Shown piece by piece: positions 59,708-64,000 of a stretch of DNA of 64,000 nucleotides (within the stretch, counting starts at the first letter, position 1; the number at the start of each line of letters is the position of its first letter). The stretch is from Fistulifera solaris (taxonomy: Eukaryota): assembly GCA_030295235.1 (NCBI GenBank), contig AP026137.1, positions 372,001 through 436,000 on the forward strand, given 5' to 3'. The notes beneath the pieces are model-generated. The model worked only from the letters and a program-made list of their open reading frames with translations, had not been told where the DNA came from and did no database searches. A program made the translations under genes and the position numbers.

Positions 59708-60823
59708 ATGCCGAAAAGCCCCACGTTGTATCGATTAGCCGCGGATCGGCAATATCATAAAATCCCTTTGCGAGTGCAAAGCAACCCCGAGGATTTACTT
59801 TGGACCGATCGTTACGGTTCGACGGCACTTCATATACTGTGTCAAGTTCGCAATGTCGACAAGGGTCTTTTGGCGGCAGTGGACGCGATTTTAGAAAAAG
59901 CACCCGAGCAGGTATCGTGGGCGAATATAGCGAGCTGGACTCCTTTGCATTTCGCGGTCGAAAAACCGTTGGTGTGGAGAAGTAGTGATGCGTACTCGAC
60001 GGCACTCATTCTCCGTTTAATACGAGCGTGTCCGGCGGCGGTGAGTCAACGAACGAAGGGAGGCTTTAAAACCAAAACACCCTTTCATATTGCTTGCGAA
60101 GCGGCCGCGGATACCAAAGTTCTCAAGGCCATGTTGACGATCAATCCATCATTAGCGACCGAACCATACTCAAAACGAGATACTTATTCCGTGATCGAAA
60201 ATCCCATTCAAGCGTTATGGAAAGCTCATTTGCATCTAAGTCAGTCTGGCTTCAATGAAAGTAGTATGCATCAAGCAGAAAAGAAAATGGCGTTGTTATT
60301 GCAAGCGGCACATTGCGGCACCGTGACATTTGCCAACAAAGAACGGTCATTTTGCATCCTGAACGCGGTGTGTGCCGTCAGGTGTCCTCGTGATTATTTT
60401 GCAAAGATTTTGAATGACCATGTGGACGATGTTCGATTGCCGGATGAAAAGGGACTTCATGCATTACATTACGCGGTGAGGAGCGTTTCCGCTGATTCCC
60501 AAGCCTACACGGAATTTGTGTTAGAGGCACTGCTAAACGTGTTTCCGCAAGCAGCAGCGCTGCGTGACGATGTCGGAAGGTTGCCCTTACATGTCGCGAT
60601 ATCCTCGACATTCCTGCAGTGGCATAGAGGCGGATTGCGCGAACTAACATTGGCGCATACCGATGCTTTGCGTACTCCAGACCCCGAAAGCGGGCTTGTC
60701 CCTTTTCTTGGTTCGGCCGAGGCGGCTAAGAAAAGTCGTATGCACCTATCTACAACCTATGAGCTTCTACGAGCGGCTCCCGATGTTACCCTCATGTTGC
60801 ACTCCGACACGGACCCAATGTGA
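59708..60823 (+). CDS. Ankyrin-like repeat protein (diatom type)
   Basis: Repeats GSTALHILC, WTPLHFAV, TPFHIAC, LHALHYAV and GRLPLHVAI; C-terminus TYELLRAAP. Confidence 0.85.
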   Translation: MPKSPTLYRLAADRQYHKIPLRVQSNPEDLLWTDRYGSTALHILCQVRNVDKGLLAAVDAILEKAPEQVSWANIASWTPLHFAVEKPLVWRSSDAYSTALILRLIRACPAAVSQRTKGGFKTKTPFHIACEAAADTKVLKAMLTINPSLATEPYSKRDTYSVIENPIQALWKAHLHLSQSGFNESSMHQAEKKMALLLQAAHCGTVTFANKERSFCILNAVCAVRCPRDYFAKILNDHVDDVRLPDEKGLHALHYAVRSVSADSQAYTEFVLEALLNVFPQAAALRDDVGRLPLHVAISSTFLQWHRGGLRELTLAHTDALRTPDPESGLVPFLGSAEAAKKSRMHLSTTYELLRAAPDVTLMLHSDTDPM

Positions 60824-61617
60824 ATTTGCGAAGCGGGAATAATAGTGTACATAGTTTAATGTTATTTGCGATGAATAGAGATAGATGTGTTAAGAATCCA
60901 GCAAGGCTTTTCTTTAGATTGGATCCAATGTCGAATTCTAGAGTGCGCCATAAATTGTTATCTACCGCGCTTATCGATTGCGTTTGAAAAATTATCTGCG
61001 CGTCTCAGTTTGCCACACTTTTGAAGCAAGATTTGGGGGCGATGTTTGGCTTGCGGAAAGGCGAGGAAGAAGAAATCAAGTGCAGTTGCTAGATGTGAAA
61101 TAAATATTGCGCTCATTATCGCCCTAGCAACTTTCGGCATTAGGAATGAGGCTATTTCGGAGCGGGAATCGGGAATGTTCCTCAGAAACGCTGAACTCGA
61201 GAATGAGATAGAAAAATGTACAACTGACGTCACAATGAATGAAATGACAAGTAGTGACATACACAATGTCCGGCACTCAAGTGTACTATCGACGGTTCAC
61301 TGTTTTACTGACTGGTAAAAAATGAGACTCCCATAATGAGTGGTAACAAACTGCAGACTTTGAACCACGGAGCTTTCGTTCACTTCGAATTTCGGAAACA
61401 CGCTCCGCAAACCTCTATTAACGCTAAGCAAAACTTGCTTGATAATTGCTGCGGAATTTGCGCAAGCTCCAGTGGTGTCGGGATTGCATATTGAAACAAC
61501 AAAGAGAGCCGCAACGAATGCTCCTCGTGGGGATGCGAAACAGGAAATTGACCGTGTGAACCAGCTATTCTTCGCTCGCATTGTTGTTAAGATTCGCCAC
61601 AGATGCGACAAGATCCA

Positions 61618-63728
61618 ATGGCGGGTGACAATTGGAAGTTGACTCAAGACATCGAGGTTCCTCACATGGTGGAAAGTAGTTTTGAAGACGACTATGGCAT
61701 CGCATCGTCCAGGTATGCGGGCGATGCCGACAGTTACGACGATCCGTATACCTACTCGGACGATAGCGTTTCGCTTTCCGATGCGTATTTCTTCCCTCAA
61801 CCCGATGATGATCTTGCTCGGCCTGCGCGTTTCCGAGAAGAAGATGCGTTGTATCAACATCCTGTCGGATCCTACGGAGCCTTGGATAACGCCCCGAAAA
61901 CAACGCCACCGCTGTGGCTGGGCGGATCCATCATTCAAGAGGATTCGGAAATGACATCGTTGCCACAGCAGTACGATGACATGAATTCTCGCACAACACC
62001 CGAAAACGGTGGGAAACGCAAAAGAATCGTCGTCAGCCCAGAAGACTGCACGCGAAACAAAGAGAGCGCATAGCTCGAGAGAAAGCCGTTGCGCAAATAA
62101 GGGGCCGTCCTCAGAACGGGATTGAATGGAGAGACAAAGTGTTCGCTTTTCTATTCTTGCTGCAACTGGTTATAATCTGTCTCATTGCCTTACGATTCGG
62201 CGTGCAAATGTATCAAAGTGACCCGACATGGCTTCCGTCTGTATTCAGAACCAAGGCGACGGGTGCTTTTTCTGCTGGTGGGCGTCAATTACACTCGGGC
62301 GGGAATCATGCTTTTGAGTTCACGATGGACTTTAAAAACTTTATTGACTTGGTCAGTGCTTCGGGAATATATGCCTTCATTATTGTTTTCGTAAGCTTTG
62401 GCTTCATGATGGTGTTGGGAAAGGCGCTGATACAATTTATCCTCGTGCTTTCCATCCTTATGGCTTTGGGCTGGCACATATTCGGTTTGACCACAGACCC
62501 GTATGGCATCATTTCGATTGTGGGCTTTTCGGCGTTACTGGCGACTCTGGGCTATGCGTTTAGCAGCTGGCACCGCATACCATTCATCGCCACAAATCTA
62601 CAAACGGCAATGCACGCGATGCGAAGCACTGCCGACATTACTATCCTGGGGATAGGGGGCCTGACCGTGGCCTTGACATGGATCATCATCTGGTCCATGG
62701 CGTTTATTGGTCTCGTGAATACATTTAACAGTGCCGACTGCACAAGTGATTTCAAATGCGAAGCGCATGTGAAGAATGGTCGCCTCCTGCTCTACTTCGC
62801 TCTCGCTTTTTCCTTTTATTGGACGAACTCCGTCATTAAAAACGTTGTCCGGGTGACGGTTGCGAGTACTGTTGGCACTTAGTGGTTCCGCCCGGATCAT
62901 GTAGATCCGTTCTGTACAACAGCAGTGTCAACGCCATTGCAGCGTTCCGTGACAATGTTACTTGGATCGGTCTGTCTTGGCAGCCTCGTTGTCCAGCCCG
63001 TTTGGTTACTGACAGGACTGTGGACGGTCTTCGGATGCTTCTTTGACAAGGACGATCAGGAGGACACATCTCGTACTTTGAATGATGAAAGAAGACAGGA
63101 TTTGGAGTCAAATCAAGACTTGGAATCGGCTCAGAGTGAGTCGGCTGCTGATTCTATTGGTGCAAGCTTGGAATTAACTGGCTACCGTACAAGGTGTCAC
63201 TCGTTTCTTCGATCATGCAATCGCTGGTCGTATTCGTACATTGGCTTGTGTAAGTGAAAAGAATGATATTTTTTCGTGCATTAAACTTCTTGGTACTGAT
63301 GTGCGTTTTTGCTACCAGACGGATATTCTTTCGAAGAGGCAGGGGAGCGCGCACTTCAATTATTTGAAACGAGAGGTTGGCTAGCACTAGTCAATGATAG
63401 TTTCATCAATAACGTCCTGTTTCTGGCTTGCATTATTATCGCAGGAAGCACGGGTACTTTTTCGGTTGTTATCGAGGAGGTTGATGGCTTCTTCCTCACT
63501 TCCTTTCACAAGCCGGTCATCACGTCATTCCTTGTAGGGTCGGTGGTAGGATATGTCTTGGGGGACATACTTCTATTTGGCCTGGTTGCCGGTGCGGTGG
63601 ACACTATCCTTGTGTGTTTTGCTGCTGCTCCGCTCGATTTCGACAAGAATCACCGATCCCTCAGTCGCGAAATGAGAGAAGCTTGGAGTCAGAATGTCTG
63701 GGATGTCGTTCACAATAGCGCTTGTTGA
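61618..63728 (+). CDS. Choline transporter-like (CTL/PNS1) protein; poly-A frameshift at ~62020, in-frame TAG at 62880-62882, intron ~63250-63318 (possible pseudogene allele)
   Basis: WRDKVFAFLF, RIPFIATNL, FYWTNSVIKNVVRVTVASTVGT*WF, GSVCLGSL, NRWSYSYIGLYGYSFEEAG and VDTILVCFA. Confidence 0.85.
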
Positions 63729-64000
63729 TGCACATAATATGTACTCTATATGCTGAGCGTCTAATATGTAACATTTTTAAAAGATAATTGATTTTTACAT
63801 GTATTTTGAATGGGAAAGGTTACCGTGGTTTTCGGTAAGAATCGGTTAGGAAGTGTCGAATTCTTCGCCGACTCTCTCTACGGGTGAAAAGACTGTTGGA
63901 AAGGCAGCGCGAAACGAAGTTTTGGACAAGTATTCACGGTGTGACATCGGACGACGTGTCTGGCAGTGAGACGGATGGATGGACGGTAGTTGGAAAGAAA

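Noticed and set aside
9080..62030. About 18 frameshifts in conserved genes (M32, MCM7, GLTP, TOP1 x2, GPATCH1, CysRS, MsrB, CbbY, ALKBH1, DAP3, CPN20, RPT1, CTL and others) as programmed frameshifting or mass pseudogenisation
   Set aside because: All lie at short homopolymer runs, many in essential genes, with no other decay. This is the signature of pyrosequencing/nanopore-type indel errors; short-read polishing would settle it.

Overview
This is eukaryotic nuclear DNA, almost certainly from a pennate diatom: genes are compact, introns are short GT-AG, plastid presequences are ASAFAP-like, and there are motif proteins I recognise as diatom-type. The window holds about 29 protein-coding genes and one tRNA-Ser(GCT). 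They include an RlmN-like radical SAM enzyme, TRM8, an M32 carboxypeptidase, Swi3/Tipin head-to-head with MCM7, a MATE transporter, GLTP, TOP1, GPATCH1, CysRS, a tandem LHC-motif protein, a Tat-targeted MsrB-like protein, CbbY, ALKBH1, transaldolase, DAP3, CPN20, RPT1, RBM42, ABHD17 and a CTL-like transporter. About 18 single-base frameshifts all fall at short homopolymer runs and are treated as sequencing errors. The non-coding DNA is the most unusual part: (1) a dispersed ~205-230 bp repeat family carrying a bipartite ACTATAG...GACTG-N5-CAGTC palindrome signal, found at six loci that are all upstream of genes; (2) tracts of 'walking' 7-bp tandem duplications whose motif drifts from unit to unit; (3) a 1.9 kb strand-skewed compound satellite; (4) a 51-bp palindromic minisatellite; (5) TACTCCGTA transposon-footprint-like words. 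MCM7 appears to need a non-canonical GA-AG first intron. All family assignments come from motif recognition, not database searches.
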